A stretch of DNA of 63,090 nucleotides, the filler included. It is 7 parts of 7 records of this genome, joined end to end, with 100 filler letters (N's around TTAATTAATTAA, not from the genome) between each part and the next. Parts side by side here need not be neighbours in the genome. Positions count along the whole stretch, not along the records: positions 30,301 to 44,026 come from SRR31156797_31248; positions 44,127 to 55,537 come from SRR31156797_31252; 5 more parts are not named here. The stretch is one strand, 5' to 3'. How positions within the stretch are numbered: position 1 is the first letter of the stretch; each line of letters starts with the position of its first letter. Of the stretch, positions 35,154-45,024 are shown one piece after another. A model generated the notes under the pieces. That model searched no databases. It was not told the DNA's origin and was given only the letters and a program-made list of their open reading frames with translations. Both the position numbers and the translations under genes were made by a program.

Positions 35154-37244
35154 ATGGAGACAATAGAATTAACCTCAGTTAAGACTGAAAACAATAACAA
35201 AATGACCGAATCAAAGAAATTTAGTATTAAAAGTACCTCGAAAGAGTTATTAGGTCGTTGGTATCATATGATGACTCTGGGTAGAGCATTAGATGAAAAA
35301 GCACCTAATTATCTGAAGCAGGCAATCGGATGGTCATACCACGCGCCGTATGCAGGTCATGATGGAATTCAGTTAGCCATTGGTCAGGTGTTTGACAGAG
35401 AAAGTGATCACCTTTTCCCTTACTATAGAGATATGCTGACTTCGATTTCAGCAGGTTTAACTGCCGAAGAAGTTATTTTTAATGGAATCTCTAAAGATAC
35501 CGATGTTGCAGGTGGTGGACGACACATGTCGAATCACTTTGCCAAGCCGGAATGGAACATTCACAATGTTTCCTCTTGTACAGGAAATCATACTTTACAT
35601 GCGGTAGGATTAGGACGTGCAGTTAAGAAATACGATCATAAAGGTGTGGTATTTAGCTCTCAGGGAGAATCTTCGGTATCTGAAGGATATGTTTACGAAG
35701 CGATAAACGGAGCAACAAACGAGCAATTGCCAGTTGTTTTTGTTTTTCAGGATAATGGATATGGAATCTCTGTTCCAAAGAAAGATCAAACAGCGAATCG
35801 TAAAGTGGCGGATAACTTTCGAGGAATGAAATATCTAAAAATCATTCATTGTAATGGTAAGGATGTTTTTGATTCGATGAATGCAATGACTGAAGCAAAG
35901 AAAATTGCTTTGGAGACCTCAACACCTGTAATTGTTCAGGCGAATTGTGTTCGTATGGGTTCTCATTCGAATTCAGATAAGCACGAATTGTATCGTGATA
36001 ATGCTGAGTTGAATTATGTGACAGAATACGATCCATTGGCAAAATATAGAAGACTACTGGTTCGTTACAAACGATTTACTGAGGAAGAATTGCTGGCTAT
36101 TGAAGCAGAGGTAAAGTTGGAGGTAAAGAAGGCACACAAAGCCGGATTAACTGCACCTGATCCTACTCCTGAATCAATTCATGAATTTGTGATTCCAGAG
36201 CCTTATGTATCTGAAAAATATCCAGAGGGATTACATACCTATACGGGAAATAATAAGAAATTAATTGAAGGATTGAATGAGACTTTAAAAGCAGAATTTC
36301 GTCACAATCCTGATACATACATTTGGGGGCAGGATATTGCCAACAAAGATAAAGGTGGTATTTTTAATGTATCCAAAGGGATGCAGCAAGAATTTGGTAA
36401 AGAGAGAGTTTTTAATGCTCCTATTGCCGAAGATTATATTATGGGAACGGCAAATGGTATGAGCCGTTTCAACGACAAATTAAGAATTGTTGTGGAAGGT
36501 GCTGAGTTTGCAGATTACTTCTGGCCAGCAATGGAGCAGTTTGTTGAAACCACACATGAATATTGGAGAACAAAAGGGCAATACTCACCAAATATTACAG
36601 TTCGTTTGGCATCTGGAGGATATATAGGTGGAGGATTGTATCATTCACAAAATATCGAAGGTGCACTGTCAACTTTTCCTGGCGTAAGAATTGTTTATCC
36701 TTCGTATGCTGATGATGCAGCAGGTTTGTTGAGAACAAGTATGCGTTCGAAAGGAATGACGGTATTTATGGAACCTAAGGCTTTGTATAACGATCCAAAA
36801 GCATCGGCTGCTGTACCTGAGGATTTCGAAGTACCATTTGGAAAAGCAAGAGTAAGAAGAGAAGGAACAGATCTTACAATTGTTACCTACGGAAATACAA
36901 CGCACATGTGTGTTGAGGTGGCAGATAAATTAGCCGAAGATACAGGAAAGCAGGTTGAGGTAATTGACCTTCGCTCATTGGTACCGTTGGATAAGGAAAC
37001 TATTTTGCAGTCGATTGAAAAGACGAATAAAGTATTGATTGTTCATGAAGATAAGGTGTTCTCTGGTTTTGGAGCTGAAGTTTCAGCAACAATTACTGAA
37101 GAAGCATTTGAAAAATTGGACGCTCCTGTAAAACGTGTAGGATCAACATTTACACCTGTCGGTTTCAATAGAATATTAGAGAAGGCAGTTCTTCCGAATA
37201 ACGATAGAATTTATGTGGCAGCAAAAGAGCTGTTAGATTATTAG
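35154..37244 (+). CDS. 2-oxoacid (branched-chain-type) dehydrogenase E1, fused alpha/beta
   Basis: PYYRD, TPP motif GESS...DN, SHSNSD, RVFNAPIAE, LYHSQ and EVIDLRSLVPLD. Confidence 0.92.
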   Translation: METIELTSVKTENNNKMTESKKFSIKSTSKELLGRWYHMMTLGRALDEKAPNYLKQAIGWSYHAPYAGHDGIQLAIGQVFDRESDHLFPYYRDMLTSISAGLTAEEVIFNGISKDTDVAGGGRHMSNHFAKPEWNIHNVSSCTGNHTLHAVGLGRAVKKYDHKGVVFSSQGESSVSEGYVYEAINGATNEQLPVVFVFQDNGYGISVPKKDQTANRKVADNFRGMKYLKIIHCNGKDVFDSMNAMTEAKKIALETSTPVIVQANCVRMGSHSNSDKHELYRDNAELNYVTEYDPLAKYRRLLVRYKRFTEEELLAIEAEVKLEVKKAHKAGLTAPDPTPESIHEFVIPEPYVSEKYPEGLHTYTGNNKKLIEGLNETLKAEFRHNPDTYIWGQDIANKDKGGIFNVSKGMQQEFGKERVFNAPIAEDYIMGTANGMSRFNDKLRIVVEGAEFADYFWPAMEQFVETTHEYWRTKGQYSPNITVRLASGGYIGGGLYHSQNIEGALSTFPGVRIVYPSYADDAAGLLRTSMRSKGMTVFMEPKALYNDPKASAAVPEDFEVPFGKARVRREGTDLTIVTYGNTTHMCVEVADKLAEDTGKQVEVIDLRSLVPLDKETILQSIEKTNKVLIVHEDKVFSGFGAEVSATITEEAFEKLDAPVKRVGSTFTPVGFNRILEKAVLPNNDRIYVAAKELLDY

Positions 37245-37323
37245 ATTAGGCAATTAGATTTTAGAAATGGGATATGAGTGTAAAGCTCATATCTCTCTTT
37301 TCAAAACTCAAATCCAAAAACAA

Positions 37324-37833
37324 ATGAAAAAAATAGGATTATTCTATAGTTTCAATACAAATAAAACAGCCAAGAATGCTTCTAAAATCAAGAAAGCTTT
37401 TGGCGATACAGTTGAAATCGAAAATGTAAATGTTGAAGAGGTTGATGAGGAAACATTCCTTAGCTATGATAACATGGTGCTAGGTGTTCCAACCTGGTTC
37501 GACGGAGAATTACCAAACTATTGGGATGAGTTCATGCCAGCTATCGAGGATCTGAAATTAAAGGGAAAAACAGTAGCCTTGTTCGGATTAGGTGATCAGG
37601 TTGGATACCCTGAGAACTTTGTAGATGCAATTGGTATCTTAGCAAAAGCACTGGAAGAAAGAGGAGCCAAGGTGATTGGTCTGACTTCAACCGAAGGATT
37701 TACTTTCGAAAGATCAGCAGCTTTACGTAACGATCAATTCTTAGGTCTGGCTCTTGATATTGAAAATCAGGCAGCATTAACCGATGATCGAATTAAGACT
37801 TGGGTGAAACAGTTGAAAACTGAATTCAAATAA
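37324..37833 (+). CDS. Long-chain flavodoxin
   Basis: MKKIGLFY, GVPTWFDGEL, ALFGLGDQ.GYPENF.DA and GLALD..NQ. Confidence 0.92.
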   Translation: MKKIGLFYSFNTNKTAKNASKIKKAFGDTVEIENVNVEEVDEETFLSYDNMVLGVPTWFDGELPNYWDEFMPAIEDLKLKGKTVALFGLGDQVGYPENFVDAIGILAKALEERGAKVIGLTSTEGFTFERSAALRNDQFLGLALDIENQAALTDDRIKTWVKQLKTEFK

Positions 37834-37864
37834 GCGATTACACAAATTAATTAATTAACGAAAT

Positions 37865-37900
37865 AAAATTAGAGATGCACGACAGTGTGTCTCTAATTTT
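37865..37900. terminator. Hairpin/terminator with a REP-like core
   Basis: AAAATTAGAGATGCAC-GACA-GTGTGTCTCTAATTTT. Confidence 0.6.
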
Positions 37901-38190
37901 ATGCAACTAACTTAGATTCATTATAAATCACCGTCAGCAATAACTACAAGGCAATCAGAAAACGAAAAAATTCATAGCTTTACCAAACAAGGATATTGTA
38001 TATGAATGAAATAACCCTCATACTACAAAACAGAACCTACAAAGGACTCTACGAATGCTGGATGTGTTGATTCAGTAAACTTGCCTGTCCCATAATTTAA
38101 GGGAAAACAATCTACATTTTATTACTAGCCATAGAACTGTCATTTAAATGATGACCAGTTGCTAATGTCTAACATACTAAAGTCTAAAAT

Positions 38191-38985
38191 ATGGACGGTA
38201 TCGTATTTGATATCAAACGATATGCTGTGCACGATGGACCAGGGATTCGCACGACAATCTTTCTGAAAGGATGTCCATTGAGATGCATCTGGTGTCACAA
38301 TCCTGAAAGCTTTTCTGCAAAAGTGGAAGAGTTTGAATTGCCTGAACAATTGGGCGATGTAAGTTTGATGAGGAAGAAACAAATTGGTCAAACCTACAGC
38401 AAACAGGAGCTAATAAAGGAAATTGAAAAGGACATTCTGTTTTTCGATGAGTCGGAAGGGGGAGTTACCTTTTCGGGTGGTGAACCATTGATGCAAATTG
38501 ATTTTCTAGAAGAAATGCTTAAGGAGTGCAAGGCAAAAGACATTCACACAGTTGTGGATACTTCTGGTTTAGCACCATTGGATCATCTGAAAAGAATCAT
38601 CGATAATGTTGATTTGTTCTTGTTCGATGTAAAGCACATGAAGGATGAAGAACACAAGAAGCTAACCGGTGTTTCCAACAAGCAGATTCTTGAAAATCTC
38701 GATCATTTAATGCAATTGCAGCAGTCTCTCATTATCCGTTATCCAATGATTCCGGATTGTAATGATTCAAATGACAATATCAATCAAATGATTAACTTCC
38801 TTCAACAGTACAGTTGGAAACCTGAAGTTCACATTTTACCTTATCACAGAATTGGAAAGGATAAGTATGATCGATTCAACAAAGAGAATCACATGCTGGA
38901 TATTCCATCTTTAAAAGAAGAAGATTGTGAATGGGCAAAAGCCCAATTTGAACAAGAAGGTTTCAAAATCTGCATTGGAGGGTAA
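38191..38985 (+). CDS. Glycyl-radical enzyme activating protein (radical SAM)
   Basis: HDGPGIRTTIFLKGCPLRCIWCHNPES, GGVTFSGGEP and LPYH..G. Confidence 0.95.
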   Translation: MDGIVFDIKRYAVHDGPGIRTTIFLKGCPLRCIWCHNPESFSAKVEEFELPEQLGDVSLMRKKQIGQTYSKQELIKEIEKDILFFDESEGGVTFSGGEPLMQIDFLEEMLKECKAKDIHTVVDTSGLAPLDHLKRIIDNVDLFLFDVKHMKDEEHKKLTGVSNKQILENLDHLMQLQQSLIIRYPMIPDCNDSNDNINQMINFLQQYSWKPEVHILPYHRIGKDKYDRFNKENHMLDIPSLKEEDCEWAKAQFEQEGFKICIGG

Positions 38986-39077
38986 ATCAATTATTAATTA
39001 ACAATGAGTAATTATTAATTAATCTTGAGAATAGAGGAATCTAAAATCTCTGATCTCATATCTAGTATCTAAAGAAA

Positions 39078-41441
39078 ATGAACAATAGAATAAAGCAATT
39101 ACGCGAGCAGAGTTTAAATGCCATTAACAGTATTTCTCACGAGAGAGCTTTGTTGATGACTGAATTTTATAAATCGGATGAAGCACAAATGGTATCTACG
39201 CCAGTAAAGCGAGCTTTGTCTTTTAAATACATATTTGCCAATAAATCCATTTGTATCAACGAGAATGAATTGATTGTTGGTGAACGTGGACCCGCACCAA
39301 AATCATGTCCGACTTATCCTGAGATTTGTATTCACTCTTTGGAGGATTTACAAATTCTGAACGACAGACCTAAGGTTTCGTTTAGGGTGGAGCAGGACAC
39401 GGTTGAGGTGTACAGAGATACCATTATTCCGTTCTGGAAAGGAAAAACAAATCGCGATCGCTTGATCAATAACATGACCGATGAGTGGTTGAATGCTTAT
39501 GGTGCTGGTGTCTTTACAGAATTTCAGGAGCAAAGAGCACCGGGACATACTGTGTTGGGGAAGAAAATGTTCCAACGTGGCTTCCTTGAAGTGAAAGAAG
39601 AAGTGCGACAGGCGATAGAGGCATTGGATTTCTTTGCAGATCCTTTGGCATATGAGAAACAAGAGGAGTTGAAAGCCATGGAAATTGTTTGCGACGGAAT
39701 TATTCTGTTTGCAGAACGCCATGCCGATGAATTGGAGCGTTTGGCTACAAAAGAAAAGGATGACAAACGTAAAGCAGAGTTGGAACAAATGGCAGCGGTC
39801 TGTCGCAGAGTTCCTGCACATGCACCTGAAACGATGCACGAAGCCTTACAGCATTACTGGTTCATTCATCTGGGTGTGATTACAGAGTTAAATCCATGGG
39901 ATTCCTTTAATCCGGGAAGATTAGACCAGCACTTGTTGCCATTTTACGAAAAGGAAGTGTTGGGGGGAACATTGCCAAAAGAGGACATGTATGAATTGTT
40001 GCATGCCTTTTGGATCAAGTTCAACAACCACCCGGCACCACCAAAAATGGGGGTGACAGCCAAAGAGAGCAATACCTACACCGATTTCTGTTTGATCAAT
40101 ATGGGTGGTGTAAAAGAAGATGGATCGGATGCGGTGAACGAAATGTCCTATGTCTTGTTGGACGTGATTGAAGAGATGAGATTGCTTCAGCCAAGTTCGA
40201 TGGTGCAAGTGAGCAAGAAGAATCCGGATCGCTTTATCAAGCGCACTCTAAAGATTTTGAAAACAGGATTTGGACAGCCATCCATATTCAATACCGATGC
40301 GGTTGTACAGGAAATGCTTCGACAAGGAAAGAGCATTGAAGATGCACGTAATGGAGGATGTAGCGGATGTGTTGAAACAGGAGCTTTTGGAACGGAAAAC
40401 TATTCCTTGAGTGGCTATTTCAACTTGGCGAAGATTCTGGAATTGACCTTAAATAATGGATTTGATCCAAGAACGAAAAAGCAGATTGGTTTACAAACCG
40501 GAAATGTATCCGATTTTAAATCGTATGAAGATGTATTTGCGGCATGGCAAAAGCAGGTGCAGTACTTTGCAGATATCAAGATCAGGGGAAACAATGTAAT
40601 TGAGAAACTGTATGCCAACTACCTGCCAGTACCATTCCTTTCGGTATTGGTTGACGATTGTATCTCGAAAGGGAGAGATTACAATGCAGGTGGCGCAAGA
40701 TACAATACCAGCTATGTGCAAGGAGTTGGATTGGGAAGTTTGGCAGATATGCTAAGTGCCATTAAATTACATGTGTTCGAGAAAGAAAAGCTTTCTTTGG
40801 CAGAATTGAAGTATGCCATGGATCAGAACTTTGAAGGGTACAATGAGTTGAGATCGGATTTGGTATACAACACGCCAAAATATGGAAATGATAATGACTA
40901 TGCAGATGATGAGGCTGTAGCTATTTTCGAGACATTCTACTCGGCAGTAAATGGTCGTCCTTCGGCAAAAGGGGGAGTATTCCGCATAAACATGTTGCCA
41001 ACCACCTGTCACGTGTATTTTGGAAATGTAATGGGCGCGTCAGCAGATGGACGTTTGGCAGAAAAACCACTATCGGAAGGGATTTCTCCTTTCCAGGGAG
41101 CAGACACCAAAGGACCGACTGCAGTGGTAAAATCAGCTTCGAAGATTGATCATTTGAGAACAGGAGGAACGTTATTGAATCAGAAGTTTAGTCCTTCTTT
41201 TATGGCGAACGATGCAGGAATAGAACAGGTAACGAAATTGGTGCGTTCTTATTTCCGTATGGACGGACATCACATTCAGTTTAATGTGGTAAGTGTGGAT
41301 ACCTTGAAAGATGCACAAAAGAATCCAGAGAACTATAAGGATTTAATCGTTCGAGTTGCCGGATACAGTGATTACTTTAATGATCTGGGTGAAGACCTGC
41401 AGAACGAGATCATCGAACGAAACGAACATACGGGTTTCTAA
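39078..41441 (+). CDS. hypD: trans-4-hydroxy-L-proline dehydratase (glycyl radical enzyme)
   Basis: EQRAPGHTV, ELNPWDSF, KESNTYTDF, SGCVETG, LSGYF, MLPTTCH and RVAGYS include the HypD-type His/Asp/Ser/Asp-Phe/Cys-x-Glu/Tyr/Thr active-site set. Confidence 0.88.
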   Translation: MNNRIKQLREQSLNAINSISHERALLMTEFYKSDEAQMVSTPVKRALSFKYIFANKSICINENELIVGERGPAPKSCPTYPEICIHSLEDLQILNDRPKVSFRVEQDTVEVYRDTIIPFWKGKTNRDRLINNMTDEWLNAYGAGVFTEFQEQRAPGHTVLGKKMFQRGFLEVKEEVRQAIEALDFFADPLAYEKQEELKAMEIVCDGIILFAERHADELERLATKEKDDKRKAELEQMAAVCRRVPAHAPETMHEALQHYWFIHLGVITELNPWDSFNPGRLDQHLLPFYEKEVLGGTLPKEDMYELLHAFWIKFNNHPAPPKMGVTAKESNTYTDFCLINMGGVKEDGSDAVNEMSYVLLDVIEEMRLLQPSSMVQVSKKNPDRFIKRTLKILKTGFGQPSIFNTDAVVQEMLRQGKSIEDARNGGCSGCVETGAFGTENYSLSGYFNLAKILELTLNNGFDPRTKKQIGLQTGNVSDFKSYEDVFAAWQKQVQYFADIKIRGNNVIEKLYANYLPVPFLSVLVDDCISKGRDYNAGGARYNTSYVQGVGLGSLADMLSAIKLHVFEKEKLSLAELKYAMDQNFEGYNELRSDLVYNTPKYGNDNDYADDEAVAIFETFYSAVNGRPSAKGGVFRINMLPTTCHVYFGNVMGASADGRLAEKPLSEGISPFQGADTKGPTAVVKSASKIDHLRTGGTLLNQKFSPSFMANDAGIEQVTKLVRSYFRMDGHHIQFNVVSVDTLKDAQKNPENYKDLIVRVAGYSDYFNDLGEDLQNEIIERNEHTGF

Positions 41442-41495
41442 AGTCGAATGGTCGAATAGTCAAAAAGTCAAATGGTTTAAAAGTGGAATAGTTGT
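41440..41495 (+). repeat. Seven degenerate 8-bp tandem repeats
   Basis: AAAGTCGA ATGGTCGA ATAGTCAA AAAGTCAA ATGGTTTA AAAGTGGA ATAGTTGT. Confidence 0.7.
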
Positions 41496-41505
41496 ATTGT
41501 GGGTG

Positions 41506-41551
41506 TTTTTAACCACAAAGGAAAACGAAGTATTTCACAAAGGACAGAAAG
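41506..41551 (+). repeat. Dispersed ~45-bp repeat, copy 1 (copy 2 at 43961-44004)
   Basis: TTTT(A)ACCACAAAGGAAA(A)CGAAGTA..TCACAAAG...A.AAAG on both sides of the DPP-IV gene. Confidence 0.75.
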
Positions 41552-41556
41552 TAAAG

Positions 41557-41601
41557 AGCCTGAAAGGTTCTAATAATTATAGCCCGGGGCATCGCCCCGG
41601 G
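41557..41601. repeat. REP-like double hairpin
   Basis: AGCCT-GAA-AGGCT followed by CCCGGGGC-ATC-GCCCCGGG. Confidence 0.6.
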
Positions 41602-41723
41602 TAATTAGCATATAGGTAAATCTGTCGCACGAGAAAATGCTGATTAAAGAAATACAGTTCTTTGCGACGGAAATATCAAATGCTGGATTCATAGAATAAA
41701 TAAGCAAACATCAACAATAAACA

Positions 41724-43904
41724 ATGAAAAAACTGACCTTATTACTAATGGCATTCCTGTGTGTAGCGGGCGTGCAAGCCCAAAAGAGTTTCGAATTGGA
41801 GGACATCACCAATAGGGGAACATTTCGTGCCCGTTCGGTATATGGATTGCGATCGATGAATAGCGGAGAGAGCTATACAGTGCTGAAATCTGGATTAAAG
41901 ATTGAACAGTATTCCTATGCTACGGGCGAATTGGAGGAAATCATCTTCGATTTGGCAGAGATTGGGAAAGATCAAATACAGAGCATCGATAGCTACGAAT
42001 TTTCGGCTGATGAAAGAAAGATATTGATAGCCGGTAATCGTGAAGACATATACAGACACTCCTATTCGGCAGAGTTTTATGTGTACGATAGAGATCAGAA
42101 AACAATCGAAGCCTTATCGACAGGAAGACAGCAGCTGGCAGACTTTTCTCCATCGGGAGATAGAGTGTGCTTTTTTAGAAAGAACAACCTGTTTGTGAAA
42201 GATCTGCAAAAGGGAAAAGAGGCACAGATTACCTTCGATGGCAAATACAATCATATCATTAACGGTGCGCCCGATTGGGTTTACGAAGAGGAGTTCTCCT
42301 TCTCGCAAGGCTTTCAATGGTCGCCTGATGGCAAGAGAATTGCCTATCTGCGTTTCGACGAGAGCAAGGTAAAACAATTCAACATGACCGTATTTAAGGG
42401 AATGAATCCTGAAAAGAAAGCCAATGCTTTGTATCCTGAGAATTACACCTTTAAATATCCAAAAGCAGGAGAGGACAACTCCATTGTGAGTGTTCATGTT
42501 TACGATCTGGCAAAAGCCAATACCACAACAATTAATGTGGGTGAAGAAACCGATCAGTACATTCCGAGAATCAAATGGACACAAGACCCAAAGGTGTTGA
42601 GTTTGGTGAGAATGAACCGTCATCAAAATCATTACGAATTGTTATTGGCAGATGCGGAAAGCGGAAAAACCCATTTGCTTTACGAAGAGAAGAACAAAGC
42701 ATGGATTGATATCAACGATGATTTAAGCTTCCTGAAAGATGGAAAACATTTTATCCTAACAAGTGAGAAATCGGGTTTCAACCACGTGTATTTGTACAAT
42801 ATGAAAGGTGAATTGGTGAGACAAATCACTAAAGGAGACTGGGAAGTGACTCAATTTTTAGGATACAATGAAGCAAAGAAACTGTTCTATTATCAGGCTG
42901 CAGCTGTATCGCCTTTGCAAAGAGAGATTTATTCGGTAGACAGCAAGGGGAAAAAGACTACTTTACTGAGTGAGCAAAAAGGAACCAATAATGCCAACTT
43001 TAGCAAGGGACACAAGTACTACATCAACTATTTTTCGAGCAATGAGCAGCCTACCTTGGTGACTTTGCACAATGCCAAAGGAAAATTGGTGAGAACCCTG
43101 GAAGACAATAAAGATCTGCAAAAGAGAATGCAAGAATACAAGTTGCCAAAGCGTGAGTTCTTTAGTTTTACCACATCGGAAGGTGTGGAGTTGAATGTCT
43201 GGATGATTAAACCTGTAGACTTTGATGAGAACAAAGAGTATCCTGCATTGTTGACTTTTTACGGTGGACCGGGATCTCAGCAGGTATTGGATCGTTACAG
43301 ATTCGATTGGTCGGATTACCTGGCACAGGAAGGATTCGTAGTGGTTTGTGTAGACAACCGGGGAACTGGCGCAAGAGGGGAAGCCTTTAAGAAATGCACC
43401 TACATGCAAATACAGAATCTGGAAGCAATCGACTTGATTGAAACCGGAAAGTACATGGGCAAACAGCCGTTTATTGCTGCCGATAAAATTGCGGTATATG
43501 GATGGAGCTTTGGAGGACAAATGTCGTCGCTATGCATGTTCCGTGGAGCAGATGTGTTTGCAGCGGGTATTGCTGTGGCTCCTGTAACTACCTACAGATA
43601 TTACGATAGCATTTACTCGGAAAGATATTTAAGAACACCACAGGAAAATCCTGAAGGATACGATGAGTACGCTCCTATTTATTTTGCCGATCAGCTGAAA
43701 GGAAAGTTTCTGTTGGTACACGGAACATCAGACGATAATGTGCACATGCAAAACACATTGGAGTTAGCAGAAGCATTGGTGCAAAACAACAAGAAATTTC
43801 AGATGCATTTGTATACCAATCGCAATCATGGGATTTATGGCGGACAAACAAGATTGCATTTGCATACTATGATGACAGACTTTTTGAAGGAAAGTTTGAA
43901 GTAG
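41724..43904 (+). CDS. Dipeptidyl peptidase IV (S9B)
   Basis: Signal peptide, DWVYEEEF, YPKAG, YGGPGSQ, GWSFGG, DDNVH and NHGI. Confidence 0.93.
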   Translation: MKKLTLLLMAFLCVAGVQAQKSFELEDITNRGTFRARSVYGLRSMNSGESYTVLKSGLKIEQYSYATGELEEIIFDLAEIGKDQIQSIDSYEFSADERKILIAGNREDIYRHSYSAEFYVYDRDQKTIEALSTGRQQLADFSPSGDRVCFFRKNNLFVKDLQKGKEAQITFDGKYNHIINGAPDWVYEEEFSFSQGFQWSPDGKRIAYLRFDESKVKQFNMTVFKGMNPEKKANALYPENYTFKYPKAGEDNSIVSVHVYDLAKANTTTINVGEETDQYIPRIKWTQDPKVLSLVRMNRHQNHYELLLADAESGKTHLLYEEKNKAWIDINDDLSFLKDGKHFILTSEKSGFNHVYLYNMKGELVRQITKGDWEVTQFLGYNEAKKLFYYQAAAVSPLQREIYSVDSKGKKTTLLSEQKGTNNANFSKGHKYYINYFSSNEQPTLVTLHNAKGKLVRTLEDNKDLQKRMQEYKLPKREFFSFTTSEGVELNVWMIKPVDFDENKEYPALLTFYGGPGSQQVLDRYRFDWSDYLAQEGFVVVCVDNRGTGARGEAFKKCTYMQIQNLEAIDLIETGKYMGKQPFIAADKIAVYGWSFGGQMSSLCMFRGADVFAAGIAVAPVTTYRYYDSIYSERYLRTPQENPEGYDEYAPIYFADQLKGKFLLVHGTSDDNVHMQNTLELAEALVQNNKKFQMHLYTNRNHGIYGGQTRLHLHTMMTDFLKESLK

Positions 43905-44004
43905 AAAGGATATAAGGAGAAAGAAATAAGGAGAAAGTAAAAAGTATGTACAATCGTAGTTTTTACCACAAAGGAAACGAAGTACATCACAAAGTAACAC
44001 AAAG
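43904..44004 (+). repeat. Heptamer-like tandem run (43904-43946) and copy 2 of the 45-bp repeat (43961-44004)
   Basis: ATAAGGA GAAAGAA ATAAGGA GAAAGTA AAAAGTA; TTTTACCACAAAGGAAACGAAGTACATCACAAAGTAACACAAAG. Confidence 0.65.
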
Positions 44005-44026
44005 AAAAAAGGAAGGCATCTTCCTT

Positions 44027-44126
44027 NNNNNNNNNNNNNNNNNNNNNNNNNNNNNNNNNNNNNNNNNNNNTTAATTAATTAANNNNNNNNNNNNNNNNNN
44101 NNNNNNNNNNNNNNNNNNNNNNNNNN
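44027..44126. other. Artificial contig linker
   Basis: 44 N + TTAATTAATTAA + 44 N. Confidence 0.98.
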
Positions 44127-44976
44127 CTGCAAAAATCTTTAATCCATCTTCTTCAATAATATTAGCCGAGGTTGGTGGAGTATATGTACCATAGACCTTT
44201 AAATCGTGAATACGAACGGTTTGAATAGCTCCTGCAGGGGGAACGACACATGCGAAACGAAGCATAACCTTTTGGTCGTACACATCTACTCTGTCTGCCC
44301 ATGTCATACCATATCCTGACGGATCACATCGATACCCATTGGTAGTTTTAATTCCAAATACATCCTTGGTAAAACTATATCCCCATAATTCACCTGGTTG
44401 GTAACGAAGGGTATCCCAGGTAACACCTTCGTCTAGAGAAATTTCGCATAACACTCCCCGTTTTCCGCCACCGGTACTGGAATGTGTCCATTGTATCATT
44501 TCAACAGCCTCTAACTCACGAAGGTCCACAACCATACTACCGGCTAATGTAGGAATTGTAGAGTAAGTAGTATCAAAACGACTTATTTCAACAAAACCAT
44601 TACTAACATTATCCGTTTGAGCACCATCTCTGTAACCGTAAGATGTAGCCCACTCGGGAGCAAAAGCACATTGGGTGAAATAGTACTTAATTTTACCGGT
44701 TGGATTCTCATATACCGATACTTCAACTGTATCATTTTTATAACCAGGAATAATTGTAACCCCATCATTATCCAGAACATGTTCACTATTCCCTTCATTA
44801 GGATTATCATCCGAATGAAAAAACTCAAAACCCGTGAAATCCTCATTTAACATCAAGTCGGTAGTAGGATCCATCTCGCTCCAATTAACTCCTGTCCCCA
44901 AATTCATCTGCCCATATACAGAAAAAGTTACGCCTGTAATCAGGCAAATCATTAAAGTAAAAATTTTTGCTTTCAT
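44127..44976 (-). CDS. Secreted hypothetical protein (probably T9SS cargo), 3'-truncated
   Basis: Signal peptide; beta-rich domain ending IHDLKVYG; then PPTSA...LKIF, which resembles the start of a T9SS CTD. Confidence 0.6.
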
Positions 44977-45024
44977 AGTATTAATTTTTAATTAGTATTG
45001 AAATAGTATCTACGTAATATTCTT

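Noticed and set aside
38068-38100. TGA of the short leader ORF as selenocysteine
   Set aside because: Read-through hits TAA after nine codons and no SECIS-like hairpin is evident.
39078-41441. GRE as pyruvate formate-lyase or choline TMA-lyase
   Set aside because: It has a single Cys in SGCVE (no PFL Cys-Cys) and the motif set matches HypD.
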